Assembly (NCBI GenBank): GCA_964359755.1
Contig: CAYHUB010000004.1
Coordinates: 1 to 39,730 of the forward strand
Origin: an uncultured Candidatus Saccharibacteria bacterium
GTDB lineage: Bacteria; Patescibacteriota; Minisyncoccia; GWC2-36-17; WO2-46-25
DNA length: 39,730 nucleotides
Direction of reading: 5' to 3'
A program made the translations under genes and the position numbers. Numbering within the stretch: the stretch's first letter is position 1; the number at the start of each line of letters is the position of its first letter. Below are positions 1 through 9,055 of this stretch, in pieces. The notes below the pieces were generated by a model. The model ran no database searches and had not been told where the DNA came from. It saw only the letters and a list, made by a program, of their open reading frames with translations.

Positions 1-1
1 C

Positions 2-580
2 GGGCACATACAGCGTGTCGTGTTCCGGGCGTCCGTGGGGTGGCGCGTATTCAAGAACATAATATCTTCTCTTTATAGCATCGCTAATGCGCTCGGTTAT
101 GCCTCGGAAAATACCGATGCCGTGGTCGATGTGCACGAGAAAATCTCCTTCTTTCAGATTATGGAGGTGGGAGATCTCCCGCTTAAGCATTTCCTTTTTC
201 AACAGATGCGCCTTACGCTCGCCGCCGGTTTCTTCTTTTTCACAATGTGTTATTTTCTCAATGCTGTTTCCAAGAAATTCGATGCGCACGGGGTGGTCGA
301 GGTTGAGGGGGAATACCGTCACCGCGCCGCCGATGACGGAAAATTCTCCCTCACCTGCGATACGCTGTGTTTTTTCGTATTCAAGCTCGTCGAGCGCGCG
401 CAAAAACTCCGACATGCTGATGCGCATGCCTTCTTCCACTATCGTCGCGCGCTTTGCCCAAAACGGGTCGGCGGCGGCAAGCCGTTGTATTTTTTCGTCG
501 TTTTCCACAAACCACAAAACATCCCTTTCAGCGAAGATGGGGATGAATGCGGCAATCAGTATTTTATTGTGTTTGCCCAT
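2..580 (-). CDS. mfd: Transcription-repair coupling factor Mfd, 5' part (runs off the window start; not in the ORF track)
   Basis: Minus frame from ATG at 580 reads MGKHNKILIAAF...GEFSVIGGAVTVFP...PVRIEFLGNSIEKI (UvrB-homology segment), then GDFLVHIDHGIGIFRGI...YYVLEYA...DTLYVP (CarD-like RNAP-interaction domain). The frame is open to the window edge. Confidence 0.85.
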   Translation of the reverse strand, partial: MGKHNKILIAAFIPIFAERDVLWFVENDEKIQRLAAADPFWAKRATIVEEGMRISMSEFLRALDELEYEKTQRIAGEGEFSVIGGAVTVFPLNLDHPVRIEFLGNSIEKITHCEKEETGGERKAHLLKKEMLKREISHLHNLKEGDFLVHIDHGIGIFRGITERISDAIKRRYYVLEYAPPHGRPEHDTLYVP

Positions 581-636
581 GCGCTTGTATGGTACTCCTC
601 TCTTGCCGCTTTTTTCAATACGGAGATATTACCTTG

Positions 637-664
637 TTGACACTCTGTGGCGAGGGGGTACAAT
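637..664 (+). promoter_or_regulatory. Sigma70-type promoter for the 693..1028 ORF
   Basis: TTGACA (637-642), 16 nt, TACAAT (659-664). Confidence 0.65.
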
Positions 665-692
665 ATAGGTATAAAAAGAATACATAAAGTAT

Positions 693-1028
693 ATGGAAAT
701 AAATCAAAAAATCACGCAAAAAGAATGGAAGGATTATGTTGAAAATCAGATGTATCATCATGGTTTTACCCCAAAAGAAAGAGCGCATGTAAATGCGGCT
801 TTTTCCGGCGATATGCGGGATGCCGAGCACGGGGAGACGGCGGGATTTTTAGGTCATGTCAAACCCGGGATAACTTCAAACGAGTTGGCGGACGCCATGG
901 CTATGCTCAAAGATGAGCATTCGGATTTTTCCAAAAATGCAAAACTCCGGCTGCATCCGGAAAAAGTAGATAAACTCGAAGAGATATTGCACAAGGCTCT
1001 CGTTGAGAATAAAGAAAGCTTTTTTTAA
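693..1028 (+). CDS. Hypothetical protein, 111 aa (possible degenerate EF-hand-like helical protein)
   Basis: Fills the gap between mfd and pth, has its own promoter and a protein-like composition; no family recognised with confidence. Confidence 0.7.
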   Translation: MEINQKITQKEWKDYVENQMYHHGFTPKERAHVNAAFSGDMRDAEHGETAGFLGHVKPGITSNELADAMAMLKDEHSDFSKNAKLRLHPEKVDKLEEILHKALVENKESFF

Positions 1029-1036
1029 ACCGCGTT

Positions 1037-1603
1037 TTACGCGTTATACAGCGTCATCGCTTTTTGCGGGCTTTCGGTGACGGCGCAGGTGAGTGCTTCC
1101 ACCGCTTTTTTCAAAACCTTTTTCAGCTCGAGCGTTTCTTTGGGCGTGAAATTTTTGAGTACGACATCCATCGCTTGCTTTGTTTTGCGTGCGCCGCTGA
1201 TGCCAATACGGAGGCGGTAAAATTCATTCGTCTTGAGATTTTTCATGATATGCTCGACGCCCTTGTGCCCGGCGGAACTTTTAGCAAACGATATTTTCAT
1301 TTTCCCGACGGGGAAATCGATATCATCATGCACGACAAAGATATACTTCGGCTTTATTTTGAAATACCGCGCGAGCGCCGCGGTAGCAAGCCCCGATTTA
1401 TTCATAAAGGTCTCGGGGAGCGCGAGCGTCACTTTTTCTTTCTCCATTTTGCCGGTCGTAACGAGCGCGTTTGATCGTTTATCGAACGTGAACGGCAAGA
1501 GGTCGTGCTTTTTGGCGAGTCGGTGGACCGCCATTCTTCCCGCGTTATGTTTTGTGTTTTCATATTCTTCTCCCGGGTTTCCGAGGCCTACGATGAGGTA
1601 CAT
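1037..1603 (-). CDS. pth: Peptidyl-tRNA hydrolase
   Basis: LIVGLGNPG..Y..TKHNAG, PETFMNKSG, VVHDDID, GHKGV, RLRIGI motifs. Confidence 0.97.
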   Translation of the reverse strand: MYLIVGLGNPGEEYENTKHNAGRMAVHRLAKKHDLLPFTFDKRSNALVTTGKMEKEKVTLALPETFMNKSGLATAALARYFKIKPKYIFVVHDDIDFPVGKMKISFAKSSAGHKGVEHIMKNLKTNEFYRLRIGISGARKTKQAMDVVLKNFTPKETLELKKVLKKAVEALTCAVTESPQKAMTLYNA

Positions 1604-1610
1604 ATAAGTA

Positions 1611-2615
1611 TTATTTATTAAATATATTTTCTGCGGCTTCTCTCATGCCGTAGTAATCAAAGTCGCCGGTCTTTGGCACAAGCACGAATGCAGGCATACC
1701 GCCAAGCTCAACTGTTTTGCTCGTGAGTAGTGCGCTTTGATCTTTCGGGTCACCGTCGATGACCGTATGTACCACAGTATCATAGCTGATATTTTGAGCA
1801 ATGTCATAGAAGCGCTTTACTTCTTTTTCGGTGATGTCGGTTTGGATGTGCGTCTTGAGCGTGCGGTACAACGAAAGTACGGTGGGGAAGTCGTAGAGCA
1901 TATTAAGCCCGAACACTTTTTTGCGAAGCGCTTCAATGACCGCCTGTTGTTGGCGCATACGCGCGAAATCGCCACCTTCGGAATGGCGCGTGCGGAGATA
2001 TTTCTGCACCGTCGCCCCGTCAAAATAGCGCCATCCTTTTTCTACCGTAAATGTTTCTGTGCCGGCATTGTCGGTGGGAAACGCCGGGTCATTCACGTCA
2101 TCGGGGACGAGCACATTCAACCCCCCGAGCGAATCGACGAACTGCTTTACGCTGCTGACATCCATGACGAAATAATAATCAATCGGCTGGCCGGTTATTT
2201 CTCCCGCTTTTTTTACGATAAGAGACGGATCTCTTTTATTCATCGCAAAAAGCGCATTGATCTTTGTGCGCGCGCCGCCGGACAACTCTACTAAAAGATC
2301 TCGTGGTAAAGAAAGGAGCGCGAGCTGGTGCGTGCTTGGTTTGATGCTCGCAACAATTATAGTGTCGGTAAGAAACGGCGCAGGGTGGGGGATGCCCGTC
2401 ATCCCGAGTAAAAGAATATTGATGCGGTCGCGCGCCTCTCCCGCAAGCGGTGTTTCGGTATCAACAAGAAAATTGAAAGCGATCTTGGTGAGTGATAGTG
2501 GCGGCTTATGCACCAGCGCGCGGTCGCCTGAGATAGCCGAGGGGCGCATGAAAAACACCGCCGCGGCAAGCGCACTTACCGCGGCAAGTTTGAGGATAAA
2601 AGAAATGATCTTCAT
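1611..2615 (-). CDS. LytR-CpsA-Psr (LCP) family cell-envelope phosphotransferase
   Basis: N-terminal TM segment; INILLLG, TDTIIVAS, LLSLPRDL, KINA, VDSLGG, YLRTRH..GDFARMRQQQ motifs. Confidence 0.92.
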   Translation of the reverse strand: MKIISFILKLAAVSALAAAVFFMRPSAISGDRALVHKPPLSLTKIAFNFLVDTETPLAGEARDRINILLLGMTGIPHPAPFLTDTIIVASIKPSTHQLALLSLPRDLLVELSGGARTKINALFAMNKRDPSLIVKKAGEITGQPIDYYFVMDVSSVKQFVDSLGGLNVLVPDDVNDPAFPTDNAGTETFTVEKGWRYFDGATVQKYLRTRHSEGGDFARMRQQQAVIEALRKKVFGLNMLYDFPTVLSLYRTLKTHIQTDITEKEVKRFYDIAQNISYDTVVHTVIDGDPKDQSALLTSKTVELGGMPAFVLVPKTGDFDYYGMREAAENIFNK

Positions 2616-2653
2616 TCCTTATATCATAGCGAAATTACGCTCGCCACGCACTC

Positions 2654-2682
2654 TTGACAAGTTATTGTTTTTCAAGTATACT
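2654..2682 (+). promoter_or_regulatory. Near-consensus sigma70 promoter for the 50-aa ORF
   Basis: TTGACA (2654-2659), 17 nt, TATACT (2677-2682). Confidence 0.75.
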
Positions 2683-2745
2683 CATGCAAACTACAAAAGT
2701 AGCTGTTTGAAAATCAAATAGCCCAATGGGCAAAGGAGGAAAGTT

Positions 2746-2898
2746 ATGGCACCGATTGTGCTCCTCGTGATTGGTTTAGGCGTGCTCATGTACACCATGA
2801 AGCGCCTTCATTCAAAAAAGGAGGATATTGAGGCCGAGCTTATCTTTATAGCTTGCCTCATGATCTTTCTTAGTGGCTTCATGCAAGTCATTAAATAG
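2746..2898 (+). CDS. Small two-TM membrane protein, 50 aa (missed by the ORF track)
   Basis: MAPIVLLVIGLGVLMYTMKRLHSKKEDIEAELIFIACLMIFLSGFMQVIK*. AAGGAGG RBS just upstream, promoter at 2654 and terminator downstream. Confidence 0.75.
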   Translation: MAPIVLLVIGLGVLMYTMKRLHSKKEDIEAELIFIACLMIFLSGFMQVIK

Positions 2899-2899
2899 G

Positions 2900-2954
2900 G
2901 CCGATATATCGGCAAACCCCGTGTCTTTATCAAAAAGCGCGGGGATTTTTCTTT
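2900..2954 (+). terminator. Hairpins/intrinsic terminator after the 50-aa ORF
   Basis: GCCGATATATCGGC palindrome, then a CCCCGTG...CGCGGGG stem followed by ATTTTTCTTT. Confidence 0.65.
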
Positions 2955-3002
2955 GCCGTAGAGCGTCTTGTAATCTTCGTTTTTTTGTGCTATCATCGCG
3001 CT

Positions 3003-3539
3003 ATGACGCTTAAGGCACTTGGCGCTTTTTTATTTGAGACGTTCAAGCTGGTGCTCGTCTCGTTTCTGATCATTGCTCCGATCAGGTATTTTGTCGTCCA
3101 GCCGTTCTTCGTCCTCGGAGCTTCCATGGAGCCGACATTCCAAAACGGCGATTATCTTATCATTGATGAAATAAGTTATAGCGTGGGAGATCCTGATCGC
3201 GGCGATGTCATCGTGTTCCATTATCCTTATAATACGAAGCAGTTCTATATTAAGCGCATCGTAGGCTTGCCGGGGGAGATCCTTACGCTTGATGATAAAG
3301 GCGTTACGGTGAAGAATAAAGATAATCCAGAAGGGTTTGCGCTCTCTGAAGAATATCTGCCCGTGAAAGAAGAATACGGCAACATGACGATGACGCTTGG
3401 CAATGACGAATATTTCGTGATGGGAGACAACAGAGATGCGTCGTCTGATTCGCGGCGGTGGGGCGCGCTGAAGCGCGAGTTTATCGTTGGCAAAGTATTG
3501 GTACGCGCGTTTCCGTTCCAGAAAATGGAAGCATTTTAA
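3003..3539 (+). CDS. lepB: Signal peptidase I
   Basis: TM segment, then GASMEPT (catalytic Ser), YIKRIVGLPGE (catalytic Lys), YFVMGDNRDASSDSR. Start moved to ATG 3003. Confidence 0.96.
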   Translation: MTLKALGAFLFETFKLVLVSFLIIAPIRYFVVQPFFVLGASMEPTFQNGDYLIIDEISYSVGDPDRGDVIVFHYPYNTKQFYIKRIVGLPGEILTLDDKGVTVKNKDNPEGFALSEEYLPVKEEYGNMTMTLGNDEYFVMGDNRDASSDSRRWGALKREFIVGKVLVRAFPFQKMEAF

Positions 3540-3544
3540 TATAT

Positions 3545-4861
3545 ATGACCACTAAAACAAAAAGACAATTTCAATCGCCGAAAGGGACGTTTGATATCCT
3601 TCCCGAGGACCAGAAATATTGGGAGAAAGTGCGCAAGGTAATCGCGCGCGTGGCGCTCGGGTATGGGTTTGAGCGCATCGATACGCCTATTATTGAAGAC
3701 GCGGATATTTACGCGCTTGCCGCAGGCGAAACCGCCGATGTGGTAGAGAAGCAAATGTACGTGTTCAAATCAAAAGGCGGCGATATGCTCGCGCTTCGGC
3801 CGGAGGGCACCGCGGGCGTGATGCGCGCGTTTATCGAGCACGGCATGGCATCGTTGCCCCAGCCGGTGAAGTTGTATTATCTCGCGCCGATGTTCCGGTA
3901 TGAACAGCCGCAGGCGGGACGATACCGCCAGCATCATCAGGCGGGGTTTGAGATCATCGGCGATCAGGATGCCGTATATGACGCGCAGCTTATTCATATG
4001 TATGTGGTGATCGGCGAAGAGCTTGGGTTGAAAAACCTGAGCATCGAGATCAACAGCATCGGGTGCGCGAAATGCCGGCCGACCTACCGCGCGCAGCTCT
4101 TACGGTATTATCGTTCGCGCACGGCTAAATTATGCAAGGATTGCAAGCGGCGGATCAAAAAAAATCCGTTGCGGTTGCTTGACTGTAAGGAAGAGAAGTG
4201 CGAGCAAATGCGCGTAAATGCGCCCAATCTTATTGATCATCTCTGCCATGAATGCCACGATCATTTTAAAAATGTGCTTGAATATCTTGATGAAACAGGC
4301 GTACCGTACGTGCTCAATCCGCATTTGGTGAGGGGATTCGATTATTACACGAAGACGGTGTTTGAGGTGTTTTTGGAAGACGAACATATTGAGGGAGGCA
4401 ATGAAAAAACGCATCAGCGGGCAAAGCTCGCCTTGGGCGGTGGCGGCAGATATGATTATCTCGCAAAAACACTCGGCGGCAGAGAAACTCCCGCGGTGGG
4501 TGCCGGGCTTGGCTTGGAGCGCCTCATCGGGGTCATGAAAAAACAAGGCATCAAGGCGCCGCCGTTGTACAAGCCCGATGTGTTTTTGGTGCAGCTTGGC
4601 GCACTGAGCAAGAAAAAAAGCTTGCGGTTGTTTGAAGAATTGCGCAAAGCGGGCATTGTGGTTGCCGAATCGTTCGGGAAAGACAGCATCAAGGCGCAGC
4701 TCCGCTCGGCGGACCGTCTGGGCGTAAAGATGAGCTTGATCTTGGGCCAAAAAGAAGCGATTGACGGCGTTATTTTGGTGCGTGAAATGGAAACCGGCGC
4801 GCAAGAATCGGTTGAGATAGAAAAAGTGGCAAAACTGATAAAGGAACGATTGAAAAAATGA
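3545..4861 (+). CDS. hisS: Histidine--tRNA ligase
   Basis: PKGTFDILP, LRPEGTAG, FRYEQPQAGRYRQHHQ, LVRGFDYY, GGGRYD; Cys-rich insertion; start at ATG 3545. Confidence 0.98.
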   Translation: MTTKTKRQFQSPKGTFDILPEDQKYWEKVRKVIARVALGYGFERIDTPIIEDADIYALAAGETADVVEKQMYVFKSKGGDMLALRPEGTAGVMRAFIEHGMASLPQPVKLYYLAPMFRYEQPQAGRYRQHHQAGFEIIGDQDAVYDAQLIHMYVVIGEELGLKNLSIEINSIGCAKCRPTYRAQLLRYYRSRTAKLCKDCKRRIKKNPLRLLDCKEEKCEQMRVNAPNLIDHLCHECHDHFKNVLEYLDETGVPYVLNPHLVRGFDYYTKTVFEVFLEDEHIEGGNEKTHQRAKLALGGGGRYDYLAKTLGGRETPAVGAGLGLERLIGVMKKQGIKAPPLYKPDVFLVQLGALSKKKSLRLFEELRKAGIVVAESFGKDSIKAQLRSADRLGVKMSLILGQKEAIDGVILVREMETGAQESVEIEKVAKLIKERLKK

Positions 4862-5211
4862 CCTGTATTTTTTGCGACATCGTGAATAAGAAAATTCCGT
4901 CCGACATCATTTTTGAAAATGATGCGCTGGTTGCGTTTCACGATATCCGCCCGAAAGCGCCGGTGCACGCGCTGATCGTTCCCAAAAAACACGTGGCATC
5001 GGTGAATGAATTTACGACAGAAGATGCGCCGATCATTGCCGCGCTGATGTTTGCGGCACCCGTGGTAGCCGAAGCGCTGGATGTGAAAGACGGGTATAAG
5101 ATTGCGTTCAATGTCGGGAGAAAGGGCGGTCAGCTTATCGATCATGTGCATATGCACGTGCTCGCATGGCCGGACAGCCCGGAAGGAAAAAAGGAGGTGG
5201 CCCCTATATGA
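4858..5211 (+). CDS. HIT-family nucleotide-binding protein (HinT-like)
   Basis: CIFCDIV, AFHDIRPKAPVHALIVPK, HVHMHV histidine triad. Confidence 0.95.
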   Translation: MTCIFCDIVNKKIPSDIIFENDALVAFHDIRPKAPVHALIVPKKHVASVNEFTTEDAPIIAALMFAAPVVAEALDVKDGYKIAFNVGRKGGQLIDHVHMHVLAWPDSPEGKKEVAPI

Positions 5212-5426
5212 TAGAAGCAAAAAGAAAAGACGGAGAATCGATTGGTGCATTTTTGCGTCGCTTTACGAAGAAAGTACAGTTAAGCGGCGTATTGAAAAAA
5301 TCGCGGCGTCTTCGGTTTCGTCAAGATGTGAAGACGAAGCGGGAGAAACAGCTTGCGGCAGTACGAAGATCAAATGTTACGCGCGAGCGTGAACGGTTAT
5401 ACAAACTCGGCAAGCTGGAAGATTAA
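5208..5426 (+). CDS. rpsU: 30S ribosomal protein S21
   Basis: MIEAKRKDGESIGAFLRRFTKKVQLSGVL...; AAGGAGGTG RBS; conserved HIT-rpsU-yqeY order. Confidence 0.88.
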   Translation: MIEAKRKDGESIGAFLRRFTKKVQLSGVLKKSRRLRFRQDVKTKREKQLAAVRRSNVTRERERLYKLGKLED

Positions 5427-5429
5427 TCT

Positions 5430-5465
5430 ATAAACCTGTTGTGGAATTTTCTGCAACAGGTTTAT
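5430..5465. terminator. Stem-loop between rpsU and yqeY
   Basis: ATAAACCTGTTG...CAACAGGTTTAT inverted repeat. Confidence 0.55.
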
Positions 5466-5479
5466 TGCACTACACCATA

Positions 5480-5935
5480 ATGACGCTGTACGAAAAAATC
5501 ATCGCGGATTTCACAGACGCATGTAAAGCGCGCGATGCGGTAAAACGCGGCACGCTTGCGATGCTCAAATCCGCGATCCAGAATAAAGCGATCGAAAAAG
5601 GAACAAAAGACATTCCTCCTACTGATGACGAGGTGATGGATGTCATCGGCTCTGAAGTCAAAAAACGAAGAGATTCCATAACGCAATTCCGCGCGGCACA
5701 GCGCCACGAGCTCGCCGACAAAGAGGAACAGGAGCTCGCAGTGCTCATGGTGTATTTGCCCGCACAGCTCACTGAAGACGAGTTGGTGCCGCTCGTTGCG
5801 GATGCGGTTATGCGCTCAGGCGCATCAAGCGAGAAGGAGATGGGGAAGGTGCTTGGGCTTTTATCGAAAGAACTCAAAGGGCGCGCGGATATGGCGTTGG
5901 TCGCGCAAATTGTCAAGAAAAAGATTTTAGGATAA
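5480..5935 (+). CDS. yqeY: GatB/YqeY domain protein
   Basis: LAMLKSAI, EVKKRRDSITQF, ELADKEEQELAVLMVYLP, MGKV..GRAD motifs. Confidence 0.93.
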   Translation: MTLYEKIIADFTDACKARDAVKRGTLAMLKSAIQNKAIEKGTKDIPPTDDEVMDVIGSEVKKRRDSITQFRAAQRHELADKEEQELAVLMVYLPAQLTEDELVPLVADAVMRSGASSEKEMGKVLGLLSKELKGRADMALVAQIVKKKILG

Positions 5936-5936
5936 A

Positions 5937-6395
5937 ATGAAGGCATACATTGACGTTGCCGTGCGCAACATGACCACGCGGCGAGCGCACAAGCGCGCAG
6001 TGAAAGAAGCGGTACGCTGTGCGCTCGAGCTTGCGGGCGCGCGCGGGAACGGCGAGGTGAGCGTGGTGATGGTTTCGGAGCGCGCGATACGGGCGCTTGA
6101 AAGAGAGTGGAAAGGAGAAGACAAGGTTACCGATGTGTTGTCGTTTCGGTTTGCGGAGGGAGGACGCGCGGGTGCGCGCAATCCCGGCGAAGCGGAGCCG
6201 CTCGGGGAAATTGTGATCTGTCTCCCGTACGCATACGCGCAGGCGCGAGAGCTTGGCGTGCAGGGGAAAGAACATATCATTACGCTTGCGGCGCACGGTG
6301 CCATTCATCTTGCCGGCATCGATCATGAACGGTCGGCGCAAGAAGAGCGGCGCACGAAAGCGATTCAAAAAAAAGTTATCAAACACATACTATAA
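5937..6395 (+). CDS. ybeY: rRNA maturation endoribonuclease YbeY
   Basis: TDVLSF, LGEIVIC, HGAIHLAGIDH (H-x3-H-x5-H). Confidence 0.93.
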   Translation: MKAYIDVAVRNMTTRRAHKRAVKEAVRCALELAGARGNGEVSVVMVSERAIRALEREWKGEDKVTDVLSFRFAEGGRAGARNPGEAEPLGEIVICLPYAYAQARELGVQGKEHIITLAAHGAIHLAGIDHERSAQEERRTKAIQKKVIKHIL

Positions 6396-6419
6396 ACAGG
6401 GACGTAGGTTTCACGAGAT

Positions 6420-7667
6420 ATGGCACGAGATACCATTATTTGCGGTCTTGATATCGGATCGAGCGCGATCAGAACCGTTATTGCTCATAAAAAAAGAGGA
6501 AGCGAACAGCTTTCGCTTATTGGCGTAGGCGAGGTTCCTTCAGTGGGCGTGCGGAAAGGGGCTATCGTTGATAACGAAGAAGCGGCCGCCGCAGTGAAAG
6601 AATCGATAAAAATGGCACAGCATGCCGCAGGCCATACGGTGCGTTCGGTATACGCAAGCGTATCAGGGGCGCATGTTTCTTCGCGGTATTCAAAAGGGAT
6701 CGTTTCGGTTTCTCGCGCGGACGAAGAAATATCGGAAGATGATGTCGCGCGGGTAGTGATGCAGGCGCAGTCCATTTCCATACCGCCTAATAAAGAAATT
6801 CTTCACGTGCTTCCGAAAGAATATATCGTTGACGGAGAAGGAGGTATTCAGGATCCGGTGGGAATGCGCGGCAAACGGCTTGAAACAAATGCCGTGATCG
6901 TCGAATGTTCCGCGCCGGTCATTCGCAATCTTGCCAAGTGCATCGATGCGGTTAATGTTGATATTGATGGTTTCGTCGCGGCACCAGTGGCAGCGGCGCG
7001 CGCGGTGCTTTCAAAAAGGCAAAAGGAACTCGGGGTATTATTGTTGGATATCGGCGGCACGACGTCCGGCATTGCGGCGTTTGAAGAGGGAAACATGATC
7101 CATGCGGCAGTGTTGCCGGTGGGAGCGGCGCATATCACCAACGACATTGCGATCGGACTTCAGGTGGATATTGATATCGCGGAGATGATCAAGGTGCGCT
7201 ATGGCGTGTGCAGGCCGGACACGATCAACCGAAAAGAGATGATCGACACGATGATGGAAGACGGAGGAGAGAAAATAGATAATATTTCGCGGAAAGAGGT
7301 CGCAGAGATCATTGAGGCGCGCATGGACGAATTATTCGATCTCGTAGAGAAAGAGCTGAAAAAAATAACCAAACAAGTGCTGTTCCCCGGAGGTGTGGTG
7401 ATTGTGGGCGGAGGAGCGCAGATGGGTGGGATAGTGGAATTTGCAAAAAACCGCCTGAAATTGCCCGCGCATGTGGGTATTCCCGACAATATCGACGGGG
7501 TTGTGGACCAGCTTGCGTCTCCGCAATACGCCACTGCGGTCGGCTTATGCCTTTTGGGGTTTGATGCGGAAGAAAAAAGCACCGGTTCACGGATATTTCC
7601 CTCATCGGGGCCCGCAGGGCGGTCTGGGGAATGGATGAAAAAGATACTGAAGATGTTTTTACCCTGA
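6420..7667 (+). CDS. ftsA: Cell division protein FtsA
   Basis: GLDIGSS, LHVLPKEYIVDG, DPVGMRG, LLDIGGTT, ITNDIA, VGGGA; C-terminal amphipathic helix WMKKILKMFLP. Confidence 0.98.
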   Translation: MARDTIICGLDIGSSAIRTVIAHKKRGSEQLSLIGVGEVPSVGVRKGAIVDNEEAAAAVKESIKMAQHAAGHTVRSVYASVSGAHVSSRYSKGIVSVSRADEEISEDDVARVVMQAQSISIPPNKEILHVLPKEYIVDGEGGIQDPVGMRGKRLETNAVIVECSAPVIRNLAKCIDAVNVDIDGFVAAPVAAARAVLSKRQKELGVLLLDIGGTTSGIAAFEEGNMIHAAVLPVGAAHITNDIAIGLQVDIDIAEMIKVRYGVCRPDTINRKEMIDTMMEDGGEKIDNISRKEVAEIIEARMDELFDLVEKELKKITKQVLFPGGVVIVGGGAQMGGIVEFAKNRLKLPAHVGIPDNIDGVVDQLASPQYATAVGLCLLGFDAEEKSTGSRIFPSSGPAGRSGEWMKKILKMFLP

Positions 7668-7789
7668 CGCTTGTGTTGCGTGAGAGAATCGTAGTAGTAT
7701 AGAGGCAAGAATCGAGTGCAAAGCGAAAAATATATATGGGAATGTTTTTTTCGCTTTGAACTTTTCGATTTTCACGTTACATTGTATGT

Positions 7790-8995
7790 ATGGCTCGTCT
7801 CAAACCTGATTTGGAAACATTTGCGAAAATAAAAGTGGTGGGCGTCGGCGGCGGCGGCAATAATGCCATTACGCGCATGGTGAACGATAAGATTCGCGGC
7901 GTGGAATTCATCGCGATCAATACCGACGCGCAAGACCTGCATTACGCGCAAGCGCAGACCAAGATCCACATCGGCAAAAACATCACGCGGGGCCTTGGCG
8001 CAGGCATGGACCCCGATTTGGGCAAACAGGCGGCGGAAGAGTCTCGCGAGGAAATACAAGAAGTACTCAAAGGAGCGGACCTTGTGTTTGTTACGTGCGG
8101 GCTTGGCGGCGGCACGGGCACCGGTGCATCGCCGGTCGTTGCCGATATCGCGCGCAGTCTCGGCGCTCTTACTATCGCGGTGATCACGAAGCCATTTACC
8201 TTTGAGGGAGCTCAACGCACGAAACTTGCGGAAGAAGGGCTGGTCAATTTGAAAGAGAACGTCGACGCGCTCGTGGTGATCCCCAACGACAGGATATTTG
8301 CCATTATCGGCGAGGACACTTCGTTTTTCAATTCATTTGAAATGGTGGACAACATTCTCAAACAGGCGGTGCAGGGCATTTCCGATCTCATCACCCTGCC
8401 CGGCATCATCAATGTTGATTTCAATGACATAAAATCGATCATGCAGAACGCCGGCTCAGCACTCATGGGTATCGGCATCGCATCGGGCGAGGAGCGGGCT
8501 ACGAAAGCCGCGAAAGCCGCGATCAATTCGCCCTTACTCGAGCTTTCCATTGAAGGTGCGCGCGGCGTGCTGTTTAATATTTCAGGGGGAACCGATCTGG
8601 GCATGATGGAGATCCATCAGGCGGCAAAGGTGATCACCGATGCGGTTGATTCCGATGCGCGGATCATTTTTGGCGCGGTAAACGACCCGAGGCTTAAAAA
8701 AGGCGAGCTCAAGATTACGGTGATCGCAGCAGGGTTTGGCGATGGCAGGGGACCGGGAGGTTCAACACAAAGAAAGGAGCAGCCGCGGACGATTTCCATT
8801 ACCCCAACAGAACCCGTGTTTAAAAAACCGGAAGAAAAGGAAGTTCCGGTGCGGCACGTGCCAATAACGAGCACTATGCCGTCTGCAGAGAAAAAGCCGG
8901 AACAGAAAGCAAAAACAGCGTTTGCGCCCGAAGTTACTAAGATCGCCGACGATGGGTGGGATATTCCCGCATTCATCAGGCGGAAAAAGATGTAA
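7790..8995 (+). CDS. ftsZ: Cell division protein FtsZ
   Basis: KVVGVGGGGNNA, GLGGGTGTG tubulin signature, NVDFND, C-terminal DIPAFIRR. Confidence 0.99.
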   Translation: MARLKPDLETFAKIKVVGVGGGGNNAITRMVNDKIRGVEFIAINTDAQDLHYAQAQTKIHIGKNITRGLGAGMDPDLGKQAAEESREEIQEVLKGADLVFVTCGLGGGTGTGASPVVADIARSLGALTIAVITKPFTFEGAQRTKLAEEGLVNLKENVDALVVIPNDRIFAIIGEDTSFFNSFEMVDNILKQAVQGISDLITLPGIINVDFNDIKSIMQNAGSALMGIGIASGEERATKAAKAAINSPLLELSIEGARGVLFNISGGTDLGMMEIHQAAKVITDAVDSDARIIFGAVNDPRLKKGELKITVIAAGFGDGRGPGGSTQRKEQPRTISITPTEPVFKKPEEKEVPVRHVPITSTMPSAEKKPEQKAKTAFAPEVTKIADDGWDIPAFIRRKKM

Positions 8996-9020
8996 TGAGC
9001 CGACGCACCCCCATAGTGCG

Positions 9021-9055
9021 AAGCCCCTATGCGCCGCATACGGGCTTTTGTTTTT
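9021..9055 (+). terminator. Intrinsic terminator after ftsZ
   Basis: AAGCCC.TATGCG.CGCATA.GGGCTT followed by a T-rich run. Confidence 0.7.

Noticed and set aside
1-150. Possible frameshift in the mfd CarD-like domain
   Set aside because: Careful re-reading shows HGIGIFRG and YYVLEYA...DTLYVP are in the same frame.
20-668. Plus-strand ORFs of 206 aa and 193 aa
   Set aside because: Antisense shadows of the minus-strand mfd frame, which carries recognisable motifs.
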